A stretch of 55,132 nucleotides of DNA from a virus (taxonomy: Duplodnaviria > Caudoviricetes): positions 1-55,132 of the IMG/VR virus record IMGVR_UViG_3300043427_002441; one strand, 5' to 3'. The position numbers and the translations under genes are program-made. Below the pieces are notes generated by a model. The model saw only the letters and a list, made by a program, of their open reading frames with translations, had not been told where the DNA came from and did not search any database. This document shows, piece after piece, positions 17,063-27,704 of this stretch; position 1 is the stretch's first letter, and the number at the start of each line of letters is the position of its first letter.

Positions 17063-19342
17063 TCAAATTCCAAATATTCCTCTTGATGCGTTGAAGTTTT
17101 GTTGAATTTCTTGTGAAGATAAAGTTCTATTATAGATTAAAACGCCATTTAAATGAACGTATGTCATACCAGCATTCCAAGCACCTCTACTATTAATAAG
17201 AAAATAATTTGTGGTGTCTATTGGCATAGAAAAAGAAGTGGATGTTGCTCCATCACTATTTCTATATAAAAGTTGTTCGGTCCCATTTTTATAAACTCTT
17301 ACATTTCTAGAAGAATCCATCGTGCATGTAACATTTACCCATGTATTTAAATCTATCCATTTAGTACTAGGATTATTAATAGAAAAATCATATGCAGAAT
17401 CAAATCCCCAATATCCAAGGTCTTGGGTCGGACCTACTCCAAACATCATCCCAAACATTGATCCTGGAGTAGTGCCTTGATTTAAAAATCCTATTTCCCA
17501 ATTATCATCTTGAGATAATGGTCTATCAGTTTTTATCCAAAAAGATAAAGTTTTTTCTCTTGCTATTATAATATTAGTTGCAAAGGAAATACTGTCCGAA
17601 CTAGAATTAAATATAGAATATCCATTAACAATTTCCACTGAATTAAGAGTTGCAGTATTAACATTACCACTCAAGTCAATCCAGTTTGTACCAGTACCAG
17701 AATAAGAATATGGATTAGATGCATCAAGACGTAACACAAGTCCATTAGTTATTATGGGCGCAGAATTATATTGAATTTGTTGATACCTACTTTGCATTAC
17801 ATTATAATTCTGTTGAACCTCTTGTGCCGACAAAACTCGATTATATGCCATCATATTGGATATTCTTCCATTCCAGTTTCTTCCACCAGCAAACCATCCG
17901 GCAAGTCTTAGAGATTGAGAACTGTAAAGAACATTTCTACCACCGGCAGCAATCCCTTGGTTAAAAAACTGACCGTTTATGTAACATTTAAGTCTATCGG
18001 ATGGAGTAAAAGTAAAAGTTATATTCGTCCAATAATTTGGTGGAAGAGTTAGGTAAACAATACTTATATTTCCACTAGCATCATTAACACCAAAGCTATA
18101 TTGATTCGTGCTTAAATTGTCTTGCTGCAATACAAAACTTCTATTTCCAGTGTGATTATTATCAAATATATCTGCGTATTGGACTTGAGTGCTTCCGGGA
18201 TATACCCAAATGGAAATTGTAAAAGATGCGTATGTAAAAAACGTTCCAAAGTCTGCATAATCATTACTACCATCAAAACTTATATAACCACCATCAGAAC
18301 TACTATAAGCAGGTCCATTTAAAAGAGTTCCATTACTTTTTGCAATTCCTAAATCATACCATACTGTCCCAGTTCCTGGATATGAGTCAGTTTGAGTTGT
18401 ATCAATATAAAAAACTAATCCTTCAGTTGATATTGAATATTGTTTTTCAAATCTAGACTTGAGCAATCCATAGTTCAATCTAATTTCCGATTCTGTAAGT
18501 GCTCTATTATATATTTTTAAGCTACCTATTCTTCCTGTTGCATAATTTATTCCATTTCCCCTTCTCATTAAATTTAAAGCACTATCATTTGTTATTGTTC
18601 CAGTCAAATTTAATGTGGTTGATGATGTAATATTACCTCCATTTCCATAAAGTGTAAGTAAAGACTTTGACCAATTAAATACTCCACAAATATGCCACCA
18701 ATTACTATGAGATATTTGAATAGATGCAATATTACTGGAAGTTCCATTATATACTGCAACTTCCATAGTTTGAGTTGACCTAACATATCTAAAAGTAAAA
18801 GGATATGAACCGGAATTGCTCCATTTCTCTACAACATCATTATCACCATTTTGAGTATTATTTTGTGTTTGATTTAAATATACCCAAAAATCAACTGTAT
18901 AATTATCAGTGTTTGAAAAATCAGTAACTCCTGTTATATCAGGGATAGTTACATAGTCATCTATCCCATCAAAAAATATACTACCTTCATTTGTATCACT
19001 ATCTCCTATCTCACTCAAAATATTTCCATACTGATAACTTGTACCATTTGCAAGAGTTCCGTTATTACTTCTTCCAGTTAAATCAAACCAAGTATTTCCC
19101 GTACCTGGATAAGACCTTGTAATTCCAGAATCTAAATTAAGAACTAATCCGGTTCTTAAAGTTGCTATTGTTCCAGTTTCAGTATCAATCCAGTCAATTC
19201 CATTATAGTACTCAGTACATTGAAAATCAGTATTATATCTTACCATCCCAATAGATGGAGATTGTGGTCTCTGCTCCACAGTCCCCGAAGCTATTTTTAG
19301 ATATCCAGTATCATTGATAGAAAGAGTTTTTAAATTTGACAT
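17063..19342 (-). CDS. LamG/concanavalin-A-like lectin repeat virion protein (three repeats)
   Basis: three GLVLxLD...SYxGTGxxWxDL...YNRxL..EI repeats; shared N-terminal module. Confidence 0.8.
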   Translation of the reverse strand: MSNLKTLSINDTGYLKIASGTVEQRPQSPSIGMVRYNTDFQCTEYYNGIDWIDTETGTIATLRTGLVLNLDSGITRSYPGTGNTWFDLTGRSNNGTLANGTSYQYGNILSEIGDSDTNEGSIFFDGIDDYVTIPDITGVTDFSNTDNYTVDFWVYLNQTQNNTQNGDNDVVEKWSNSGSYPFTFRYVRSTQTMEVAVYNGTSSNIASIQISHSNWWHICGVFNWSKSLLTLYGNGGNITSSTTLNLTGTITNDSALNLMRRGNGINYATGRIGSLKIYNRALTESEIRLNYGLLKSRFEKQYSISTEGLVFYIDTTQTDSYPGTGTVWYDLGIAKSNGTLLNGPAYSSSDGGYISFDGSNDYADFGTFFTYASFTISIWVYPGSTQVQYADIFDNNHTGNRSFVLQQDNLSTNQYSFGVNDASGNISIVYLTLPPNYWTNITFTFTPSDRLKCYINGQFFNQGIAAGGRNVLYSSQSLRLAGWFAGGRNWNGRISNMMAYNRVLSAQEVQQNYNVMQSRYQQIQYNSAPIITNGLVLRLDASNPYSYSGTGTNWIDLSGNVNTATLNSVEIVNGYSIFNSSSDSISFATNIIIAREKTLSFWIKTDRPLSQDDNWEIGFLNQGTTPGSMFGMMFGVGPTQDLGYWGFDSAYDFSINNPSTKWIDLNTWVNVTCTMDSSRNVRVYKNGTEQLLYRNSDGATSTSFSMPIDTTNYFLINSRGAWNAGMTYVHLNGVLIYNRTLSSQEIQQNFNASRGIFGI

Positions 19343-19343
19343 A

Positions 19344-19598
19344 TTATGTTTTTTCTATTTCTTCTATCGTTATGTTTAAAATATCTATGTCAAAGCAACA
19401 AATTTTTTTATGCTCTATCAAATCATCAATACTATAATTCTCAATAGGATTGAAATTAAAATCTAAATCTATTTTTCTCTTTTCACTTGCCAGTAAAATC
19501 TCTCCATCATACCATTCAAAAATATAATCAACTAAACCATCAGAATCAATATTTTTTTTATCTTTTAAAATTTTTAAACAATTACATGATTGTTTCAT
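19344..19598 (-). CDS. hypothetical protein
   Basis: 84-aa ORF coupled between structural genes. Confidence 0.55.
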   Translation of the reverse strand: MKQSCNCLKILKDKKNIDSDGLVDYIFEWYDGEILLASEKRKIDLDFNFNPIENYSIDDLIEHKKICCFDIDILNITIEEIEKT

Positions 19599-20467
19599 TT
19601 TATGTATATTGCTCCATAGTTGTAATAGTCTGTACTAGAACCTGTCCAGTAAGCAGCATTTTGATATGTAGCTCCTCCATTAGCTCCCCATATACTACCA
19701 TCCCAACAATTACCATACCACCAAGGAGAATTATTAAATTGTACAGAACAGTTTCCAGCGAGAGTATCTTGGTCTCGGTCAAAAGAAGTAAAGTTATATG
19801 CACCCACAATATGATAAGCCCAAAGACCAGGAGTTACTCCACCAAGTTCATTCACTAAAGTATTAGCATTATTCCAAGAAAATAAAACATTCCATCCATC
19901 CCATTTCCATCGACTTCTTCTAGAATGTAAAGATACATCTCCTAATGAGCATTGAGATGCTGAAGTAAAATAAACCACATTTCTTCCTGCATTATTTGCT
20001 CTGGCAATCAAATTCCATCCAACTAATCCGACCCATACTGAATATGTAAGTGGATTTCCAGATCCATAAGTAGATGATGAATATCCATCGTAAGATTCTG
20101 CAGATTGAGCATATGTTAAGGCTGGTAATGCCACATTAATTGGGTGACTTGCGACTAAGACCCATCCACCCCCATCATACTTATTATCAACCCAATATCT
20201 TCTTGGAACTCCGTTTACACGAATCCAATACCATCCAGTAGAAGCAGTTGGATCTAAACTTAGAATATCTGTTGACTTGTCAAAGACTATTTCATTTAAA
20301 CTAGTTGTTAAAATCCATCTTGTTCCATTAAAGTACTCTATATTTTTCAAATCAGTATTATAACGATATGTTCCAATAGAAGGATTTGAAGGTCTCTGAG
20401 AGGTTGTGCCTCTTGCCAATTGCAAATATCCAGTATCATTAATGTTTGTATTTTTTAGTGTTGTCAT
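19595..20467 (-). CDS. virion protein with fibrinogen C-terminal-like domain
   Basis: GWYWI...DGGGWVLV...FTSFDRDQD..GNC...WWYGNC; shared N-terminal module. Confidence 0.7.
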   Translation of the reverse strand: MTTLKNTNINDTGYLQLARGTTSQRPSNPSIGTYRYNTDLKNIEYFNGTRWILTTSLNEIVFDKSTDILSLDPTASTGWYWIRVNGVPRRYWVDNKYDGGGWVLVASHPINVALPALTYAQSAESYDGYSSSTYGSGNPLTYSVWVGLVGWNLIARANNAGRNVVYFTSASQCSLGDVSLHSRRSRWKWDGWNVLFSWNNANTLVNELGGVTPGLWAYHIVGAYNFTSFDRDQDTLAGNCSVQFNNSPWWYGNCWDGSIWGANGGATYQNAAYWTGSSTDYYNYGAIYIK

Positions 20468-20471
20468 ATTA

Positions 20472-23225
20472 CTACCTTATATACACTTCTACTCTTGCAG
20501 AACGATTTATACCAGTAGTATCCTGACAGCAGTTTATTCTATCTCCTGCAGAATATGAACCAAATTGTGTATCCATTCCAATACCACCACCAACATCATT
20601 ACTTCCAGTAACAGCTCCAACATTAACCGAAGGGAACAATCCCTCAGCATTTTCATTCCATCCAAATCCCCATCTCACTTTTGCCACACTTCCACCAAAA
20701 TAATTCGGATAGTTATCATAATTAAATCCGTAAAAACGAATATCTGTTTGACTTGAAAACACTCCAGATGCCCATCCACTAAAAGTTTTTGCATCTTGTA
20801 TAAAATATCCAGCACCACCAAAACTTGGAGCAGTATATGTTCTGTTCGATGGTGATGTGAAAAAACTAATTAAAGTTTGTCTTGTTCCATTATTAAAATT
20901 ATTTTCTAACCAAGTCCAATTTGATAGATTATCAATGCTTCCACTATTTGTACCAATATTTGAAATATCTGGCCAAACTGCCATTATATCTCTTGCTGGG
21001 AAATAATTCATACTATCAAATTTTGCATCTCCATTATTTTTATTAGTTTCTGATGGATTCAAAGTATTTGCAGTAGTCCAATAATTTGCACTATAATTAA
21101 ACGTAGTACCGGTAGTCGCCTTCATTGCCATCATCCAACCACCACCATCATAAGCTGGATTTAAGATACAATAAACTGGAGTTGGTCCAACTGTAGGTAA
21201 ATCAATATAGTAAACACCATCAGTAACAATACCCAGAGAGAGTAAATAAGATGCACTTGGAGCTGCTCTTTCTGGTGTAGATCCATCTTTTGAACTATCC
21301 AATAAAAATCTGTTTTTAGTTACATTGTAATTCTGTTGAATTTCTGATACTGTAAGATATCTATTGTATACCAAAACTTGTGCTATATTTCCTCTTATTG
21401 GTTCAATAATGGCACCATCAGTTCTCCGTTGAGCTCCAATTGTGGGAATAATCCCACTGTTCCAGGGAACTACAGTTGCATTCTTAGTAGCAATTTCAAC
21501 TCCATTCAAAAACACTTTCATATATCCTTGAGAACTATTATTTACAGCAACTAAATTGTTCCAAGTATTGTTTGGAGTAGTAAAAGGTAATATCTGTCTA
21601 TTTGTGACACTATCATTAGCACCATTTACTGTAAATTGGGTAGTAGAAAACCATAGGGATTCCCAAGTACTATTATGAAAATGATTTCCCAATAAAATTC
21701 CATCAACAGTTTTATAAAACCAAACAGAGACAGTAAAATTTGGTAATGAATTTGTAAAATCATTTGAAGTTAGAGATGCATAATCATTACTACCATCAAA
21801 AATTAAATTGCCGCTATTAGAACTTGTATAACTAACACCATTGACAAGAGTTGCATTTTGATTTCTACCACTCAAATCAGTCCAGGTAGTTCCAGATCCC
21901 GAGTAACTTTGTGTTTGTGCCGCATCCAAATAAAGAATTAATCCATCACTTATTAATGCTTGTGGCGTTTCAAATCTATATTTCGTTGCATCATAATTCT
22001 GCTGTATTTCTCGTGGTGTAAGTGCTTTATTATAAATTTTAACTTGAGAAACATTTCCTTGTAAAGGAACAACACCAGTCCCCGAACCACCTGCCCAATG
22101 CCTACCAATTTGATAATTGTTAGTCGTTGCAAAATTTCCACTATTCCAAGTTAAAGTTCCAAAAGTTTGTAGTAACTGCCCATCTTTATAACAATAGATA
22201 CTCAATGTAGTTCCGGATTTAGTAATTACAATATACAACCATCTGTTAGTATGTACTCCAAGATTTAAAAATACTCCATTTGCAAGTACCCCAACTTGAT
22301 TTAAACCTACAGAATTAAGAGGAGCTTCGGCAGATCCATTACCAAAAGTCATAAGATAGGTGTTGTTTGTTGCTGGAGATGAATTTGTAAAGACACCCTG
22401 CCAAGCTTGAGTTGCATTTAATTTATAAATCCAAGCTGTTTGAGTAAAATTTCCTGTAAATAATGAACCATTTATAGTTCCATTTATTACATCATCATAT
22501 CCATCAAAAACGATGTTCCCACCACTAGAACTATTATAAGTTGCTCCATGTGCAAGACTTCCATTATATCCATTACCACTCAAATCTCTCCAAGTTGTAA
22601 GTGGGAACACTGAAACTTTATCGACAAATATAGATGTTAAGTTTGTATCAACCGCAAATGCCACAGTTGTTGTAGAACTAAATGCAGTAAATGTTCCGGT
22701 TAAAATTAAAGTTTGTCCGGCAGTTCCACTTACAAGTAATAATTGCAAACCACCCCATCCAGAACCATCATTTACATATAAATCTCCTCTACTTCCAGAA
22801 GAATTTACTTCTGCAGATACACTATATCTAACTCCTGGAGTAGTATTAATTACTTGATATGATGCTAATCCCGTTCCACCTGACCTTGAAATTTGCATCC
22901 TACCTGAAGACCAAGTATTAGATGAGTTAAAGGTAGTCCAACCATTTACATTTTCATCAAAATCTCCATTTGTAATTAAATTAGTTAAAAGAGAAACGTC
23001 AGGTGCTGAATTTGGTTCAGCAGCATCCAAATATAAAACTAATCCATCTCTTACAACATCAGGAACATATTTCCAAGTTTGATTATCGTAAGTTTCTAAA
23101 GTATTGAGTGTTCTATTATATCTTAAATATCCAGACGTTGGATTTTGTGGTCTTTCCGCAGTGGTTCCTACAGGTAATTGAATTGCTGCAGTATCTTCAA
23201 TTATAGTATTCTTAAGTTCTGCCAT
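20472..23225 (-). CDS. multi-domain lectin-like virion protein (CBM-like insert, two LamG, fibrinogen-like C-terminus)
   Basis: NLITNGDF..W CBM-type motif; LamG repeats; DGVYYI...VYC...DGGGWMM. Confidence 0.75.
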   Translation of the reverse strand: MAELKNTIIEDTAAIQLPVGTTAERPQNPTSGYLRYNRTLNTLETYDNQTWKYVPDVVRDGLVLYLDAAEPNSAPDVSLLTNLITNGDFDENVNGWTTFNSSNTWSSGRMQISRSGGTGLASYQVINTTPGVRYSVSAEVNSSGSRGDLYVNDGSGWGGLQLLLVSGTAGQTLILTGTFTAFSSTTTVAFAVDTNLTSIFVDKVSVFPLTTWRDLSGNGYNGSLAHGATYNSSSGGNIVFDGYDDVINGTINGSLFTGNFTQTAWIYKLNATQAWQGVFTNSSPATNNTYLMTFGNGSAEAPLNSVGLNQVGVLANGVFLNLGVHTNRWLYIVITKSGTTLSIYCYKDGQLLQTFGTLTWNSGNFATTNNYQIGRHWAGGSGTGVVPLQGNVSQVKIYNKALTPREIQQNYDATKYRFETPQALISDGLILYLDAAQTQSYSGSGTTWTDLSGRNQNATLVNGVSYTSSNSGNLIFDGSNDYASLTSNDFTNSLPNFTVSVWFYKTVDGILLGNHFHNSTWESLWFSTTQFTVNGANDSVTNRQILPFTTPNNTWNNLVAVNNSSQGYMKVFLNGVEIATKNATVVPWNSGIIPTIGAQRRTDGAIIEPIRGNIAQVLVYNRYLTVSEIQQNYNVTKNRFLLDSSKDGSTPERAAPSASYLLSLGIVTDGVYYIDLPTVGPTPVYCILNPAYDGGGWMMAMKATTGTTFNYSANYWTTANTLNPSETNKNNGDAKFDSMNYFPARDIMAVWPDISNIGTNSGSIDNLSNWTWLENNFNNGTRQTLISFFTSPSNRTYTAPSFGGAGYFIQDAKTFSGWASGVFSSQTDIRFYGFNYDNYPNYFGGSVAKVRWGFGWNENAEGLFPSVNVGAVTGSNDVGGGIGMDTQFGSYSAGDRINCCQDTTGINRSARVEVYIR

Positions 23226-23619
23226 TTTTTAACTGCTCTACTTCTTTTGCCAAAGTTTTAATGGCATCAATCAAGTACACTGAAAGTCTTGTATAATTAA
23301 TTCCTTGCAACTTTCCTTCCGAATCTTTACTCACAATATTCGGAATAACTTTATTAACTTCTTCGGCAATTAATCCAACTTCATTCTTATTCAGTCCATT
23401 TTTACGATCATAAGTGACTGGATTTAATTGAAGTATCTTATCAAGAGTGTTTATAAGAGGATTGATGTTTTCTTTTAATGTAATACTAGAACTTTCGGTA
23501 ATACTAGCCGCTATAAAATTACCAGTAATATTCATATTACCACCAACCTCGACATCTTTGTAGAGAGTTACGTTTTCATTAAAGATAGCGGGAGATCCGA
23601 AGGATTGAAAGTCTGCCAT
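23212..23619 (-). CDS. short protein consisting mostly of a peptidase S74 chaperone domain
   Basis: SSITLKENI...LNPVTY...GLIAEEV...INYTRLSVYLIDAIK. Confidence 0.75.
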   Translation of the reverse strand: MADFQSFGSPAIFNENVTLYKDVEVGGNMNITGNFIAASITESSSITLKENINPLINTLDKILQLNPVTYDRKNGLNKNEVGLIAEEVNKVIPNIVSKDSEGKLQGINYTRLSVYLIDAIKTLAKEVEQLKNGRT

Positions 23620-23620
23620 A

Positions 23621-24295
23621 TTACTCTGCTAATGCTCCACCACTTGCTGCTCCACCTGAAGCAAAAGAACCCGCAGTTTCATTTCCAGTAAGTCTTGTAT
23701 TTTCTTCACTCAATAAATCATCCTCTTCAGGTTGAGTTGATGCCACACCACCACCAAATGCAGACCTAGTTTCTTCACCACCAACATAAGTTCCAGCAAA
23801 ACACTGCTCACCAAATGTTGAACCTTCTGGTGCAAGATTTCCAGTCAGAGCATCACAATCTGCTTTATTTGACTTCAATAAAATTTTTCCTGATTTAGAA
23901 TCTAGTAAAATATTTCTACCTGCCTTGATATCAACATCTTCATCTGCTTCAATCATTATGTTTTGAGCACGTATTCTAACTCTTCCATTCTTTTCCGCTG
24001 TTATACAAATATCCCCGTTCTTTCCGGTAATGACAATATCAACTCCAGTCGATTGACTTTTTTGACCGGCAATAATTTCAATTGATTGGTCATTATATAT
24101 TTTATAGATACCGCCTTCGGTTAATCCTTTAACACATACGTCTTTATTGTCTGTCGTTGCATATTGTGTATGAACATCAGGTCCATTGAGTCCCATTTGG
24201 GGATTAGCAACATCACTTCTGACTTTTGGACCATCACTCTTCAGCTTTCGCTGTTGCCAGTTCTGTCTACTTTTTGGTCTTTCTCCTTTTCCCAT
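23621..24295 (-). CDS. baseplate hub/spike C-terminal-like protein
   Basis: beta-helix-like short repeats; coupled to the gp5 N-terminal gene. Confidence 0.55.
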   Translation of the reverse strand: MGKGERPKSRQNWQQRKLKSDGPKVRSDVANPQMGLNGPDVHTQYATTDNKDVCVKGLTEGGIYKIYNDQSIEIIAGQKSQSTGVDIVITGKNGDICITAEKNGRVRIRAQNIMIEADEDVDIKAGRNILLDSKSGKILLKSNKADCDALTGNLAPEGSTFGEQCFAGTYVGGEETRSAFGGGVASTQPEEDDLLSEENTRLTGNETAGSFASGGAASGGALAE

Positions 24296-26349
24296 TAGCT
24301 AACACAATCAATAGATTTAATTGGTTCTCCAAATATTCCAGCCTCTGTTCTCAATATTGGTCGTAGAACAGCACCAAATCCAGTATCTGATTCTATAGTA
24401 AGTTCAGGAATATCTGTAACTGGTTTATTTATTGCCGTTGTCGTTGCCGCTGGAGTAACTTTGACTATTCCACCATTAACTACATTAGCAGTATACTTGT
24501 TACCAAAATTATCAGTTATGACATCACCATCATTATAATTTTCTCCAGACTCTTGAACTAGAATATCCTCTAAGTAATAATCAACTTCTTCATCAATTGG
24601 ATAATTCTCACCTTCTGATACTACGTAAATATATTTAATTCTCCCACTATCATCTTCTTCTAATACAGCTCTAGCAATAGCACCATATCCTTGTCCACAG
24701 TTATCTTCAAATTCTACAAATGGTGGGAAGAAATATCCAGATCCCGGATCCACTAATTTAACTCCAATAATACTACCAGTTTTACTTGACCCAGATCCAA
24801 CAATTCCACCAAATAATGGAATTGCAGATGCTCCAAAACCTCCTCCACCAAAAATTTTAACTTTAGGAGGTCCACAGAATTTAGGAGGTCCACTGTAACA
24901 TCCTCCAATGGACGAAGAACCTATTTTACTTGAAGATGCAAAAGACCCGAAAGTATTAACTAAAGATGATGCGGAATTAACCAAACCAGTTGCTTGATTA
25001 AGAACATCGCTGATTCCACCAGCGGCGGCAGAAAGAGTTGAGGCAATGTTATTTGCTCTCTCCACAACATCATCGAAATTTGTATTTTCACTTCCCTTTG
25101 GACCAGATCCAATCGTCCATTGATCAGTCATTCCTTTAGACTTATTAGCTGATTGACTACAATCAAGTGGAGATGCTGCTCCAGCAATTCCAGATCCAGA
25201 ACCTCTCAACAACCCAGAAACACTAAAACCACCTGCAAACTTTAAGATTGGTCCAAGTCCTTTAATTGCAGAAGACAAACCTCCAGAAATGTTATCAATT
25301 ATGTTATTAACAAGAGATCCAACAAACTGATTTGCTACGCAACTGACAAAATTTTGAACATTTTCTAGAGTTGATTTAAGCATACCTTTAATTATGCTTC
25401 CAAGACCACCAATTATTTTTCCACCAAGACAAACTATTTCAGACTGTAATTTCTTAACTGGATTAACCATTGCCTTTTGTGCGGCAACTCCAGCTTCATG
25501 TGCTATAGAATCAATTTTGGTTGCTGCGAATACAACTGCATAAACAGCTTTATATAATGCTTTCAATCCAGAATTAATAATAGGTATCATTTGCTTATAG
25601 ACTGAATTAATTGCATTCCCAACTAATTCATTAGTTGCCGATTGAATTTTTTCAGAAACTCTATCAATCTCACTATTTAAATTATTAAGAAAATTATTGG
25701 CATTTTGTATTTTTTTAGTTAAATTTGAAATTTCTGTAGAAATTTTATCTACAGTTGTATTTTTTGTCGTATTTCCAAATTGAACTGTTTCTCCTATTCC
25801 AGAAAAATAGGATATCTCATCTCCAGGAGATAAAGAAATACTTTTCGCCAATGCTGGAGGTACGTGTCTTGGAGATTTTTGAGACTCTGCATTTGACTCA
25901 TTTGACTGGTCAGGTTTTAGTGTTCCATTTGGTTTTTTAACTTTTCCAGTGTACCCAGTAAATGGTTGAAATGGATTTTTATAATCACCAGTTGCAACTT
26001 GAGAAGTTCTTCCGAAACATCCCATGATAACTGGTATTTGTGCATTGTCACCGTCTAAGAAAAATCCTAATACAATATCACCCGGAGAAATTTTTACAGA
26101 TGTGGAGTTATTTCCAGCGCCAGTTCCATCCGTTGTAGATAATAAACATTGAGCCCATGGCAAATCTTGATCGGGTAGTTCAGTTGTATCACTTGGATGA
26201 TATCCCATGATACGAACTTTAAATCTATTTCCCCATCCAGTTCCATTTATTTGCCCACCATGAGTAGACTCTGGTGGGATTTGCCCAATCCACCAACGGA
26301 ATCCATCTCTACCAATAAAATTACTTTTAATGAGTGATTGGTCTATCAT
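24295..26349 (-). CDS. gp5: baseplate hub subunit gp5 (OB-fold N-terminus)
   Basis: FIGRDGFRWWIG, RFKVRIMGYH, DLPWA, VLGFFLDG..AQIPVIMG. Confidence 0.85.
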   Translation of the reverse strand: MIDQSLIKSNFIGRDGFRWWIGQIPPESTHGGQINGTGWGNRFKVRIMGYHPSDTTELPDQDLPWAQCLLSTTDGTGAGNNSTSVKISPGDIVLGFFLDGDNAQIPVIMGCFGRTSQVATGDYKNPFQPFTGYTGKVKKPNGTLKPDQSNESNAESQKSPRHVPPALAKSISLSPGDEISYFSGIGETVQFGNTTKNTTVDKISTEISNLTKKIQNANNFLNNLNSEIDRVSEKIQSATNELVGNAINSVYKQMIPIINSGLKALYKAVYAVVFAATKIDSIAHEAGVAAQKAMVNPVKKLQSEIVCLGGKIIGGLGSIIKGMLKSTLENVQNFVSCVANQFVGSLVNNIIDNISGGLSSAIKGLGPILKFAGGFSVSGLLRGSGSGIAGAASPLDCSQSANKSKGMTDQWTIGSGPKGSENTNFDDVVERANNIASTLSAAAGGISDVLNQATGLVNSASSLVNTFGSFASSSKIGSSSIGGCYSGPPKFCGPPKVKIFGGGGFGASAIPLFGGIVGSGSSKTGSIIGVKLVDPGSGYFFPPFVEFEDNCGQGYGAIARAVLEEDDSGRIKYIYVVSEGENYPIDEEVDYYLEDILVQESGENYNDGDVITDNFGNKYTANVVNGGIVKVTPAATTTAINKPVTDIPELTIESDTGFGAVLRPILRTEAGIFGEPIKSIDCVS

Positions 26350-27704
26350 TTGTTATTTGTTCCGTAACGTCCAAATGTATCTCTGATTAATTTCATCGAT
26401 GTATAAGATGCCGTACTATCAAAATGATGGCATATCTCTTTAATCATATATAGACCACTTTGATCCTTATCATACTCTTCTTTATTAGATCTTGATATAG
26501 TTGGAAATTTGCAAGTAATTATATCACCGGCTTTTAGATTAGTGTTTAGTGGTACGGTCATACTCAATGCTTGAGTAAACATTAAGTTATATCTCATAAT
26601 TGCCTGAGACTGATATTTTTCTGGTTCAGCATTTACATCAGTTGAAATATCCTTATCCATTGTACCAACATCTAAAATTGCTGTTAAAAATCTAGTCGGC
26701 GTAGTTCCCAAATCTTCATTAGAATCCCCACCTATTTTAGGTAATGTAACCGTTTTACCAAGATTTTTAGTTTTTCCAGCATAGTTATCTGATGTAAAAA
26801 GTCCTTTCTGAGGATTTGTAAATTCAAACGTTAATGGATTATAGAAAATTCTATAACTTGAATATGTTCCCATTCTCAATTTTTCAATTAAATTTTGATT
26901 TTGCTCAGTCACATAACTCAAAATTTTAAAATCATTTGAAGGAAGATCTGCAGTTCCTTCAAATTCTGTGGAAGATTGATTAACTTCTGTGAAACTGTAT
27001 TCAGCTTTAGAATCTTGAGAGATTAAATTATCTAGCGATCTAAATTGAAATCCATCTTGTGTTTGATAGAATAAAAATCCCGCTGTGGCATCTCCAGAAG
27101 AATTAGGTGCAGCCTTAGATGCCAACCAAACCAACACAGTAAATGGTTTTCTCATGTTTCCAATAAAACCATACTTATTTGAAGACTTCTCTATTGTTCC
27201 GATATTATTTGTTTTTAAATAATTTTTAAGAATATCATTAACTGCTTCATCAATAGTCGCTGTAACTGGATATTTTTTTCCAACTCTTGAAGTTTCATTG
27301 GTAAATGCTTCTCTAGAAACTAGATGAAGAGTAAATGATTCTCTCTGTGTATCAGAAATAACATCACTAATACTAGAAACATACAAGTATTTTGATGGGT
27401 CTGTAGAAAAATCTAGTCCTTTATTTGTATTAGAATTTCCTTTTATCTTTATTGATACTCTTTCAGCACCTCTTAAAGGAAGTCCATTGTAAATTGACTG
27501 CTTATCACCATCAGCGTTTCCATCAGAGTCTGAAGGAGAAACAGTATCACCACCATTTACAACTCTTAGTTTTGCCGTTATAACTGGAGAAAAAATATCC
27601 TCATAATAATCAATAGAAACAGTACCGACTTTCATATCAACCGTTTTTTTCTGGTCGTTAGATTCAATTATAATTTCTTCGTAGATAGATTGTTTTGTTG
27701 ACAT
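26346..27704 (-). CDS. baseplate hub protein (gp27-like)
   Basis: IDYYEDIFSP, FLFYQTQDGFQF.S, SGLYMIKEICHHF; position beside gp5. Confidence 0.65.
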   Translation of the reverse strand: MSTKQSIYEEIIIESNDQKKTVDMKVGTVSIDYYEDIFSPVITAKLRVVNGGDTVSPSDSDGNADGDKQSIYNGLPLRGAERVSIKIKGNSNTNKGLDFSTDPSKYLYVSSISDVISDTQRESFTLHLVSREAFTNETSRVGKKYPVTATIDEAVNDILKNYLKTNNIGTIEKSSNKYGFIGNMRKPFTVLVWLASKAAPNSSGDATAGFLFYQTQDGFQFRSLDNLISQDSKAEYSFTEVNQSSTEFEGTADLPSNDFKILSYVTEQNQNLIEKLRMGTYSSYRIFYNPLTFEFTNPQKGLFTSDNYAGKTKNLGKTVTLPKIGGDSNEDLGTTPTRFLTAILDVGTMDKDISTDVNAEPEKYQSQAIMRYNLMFTQALSMTVPLNTNLKAGDIITCKFPTISRSNKEEYDKDQSGLYMIKEICHHFDSTASYTSMKLIRDTFGRYGTNNK

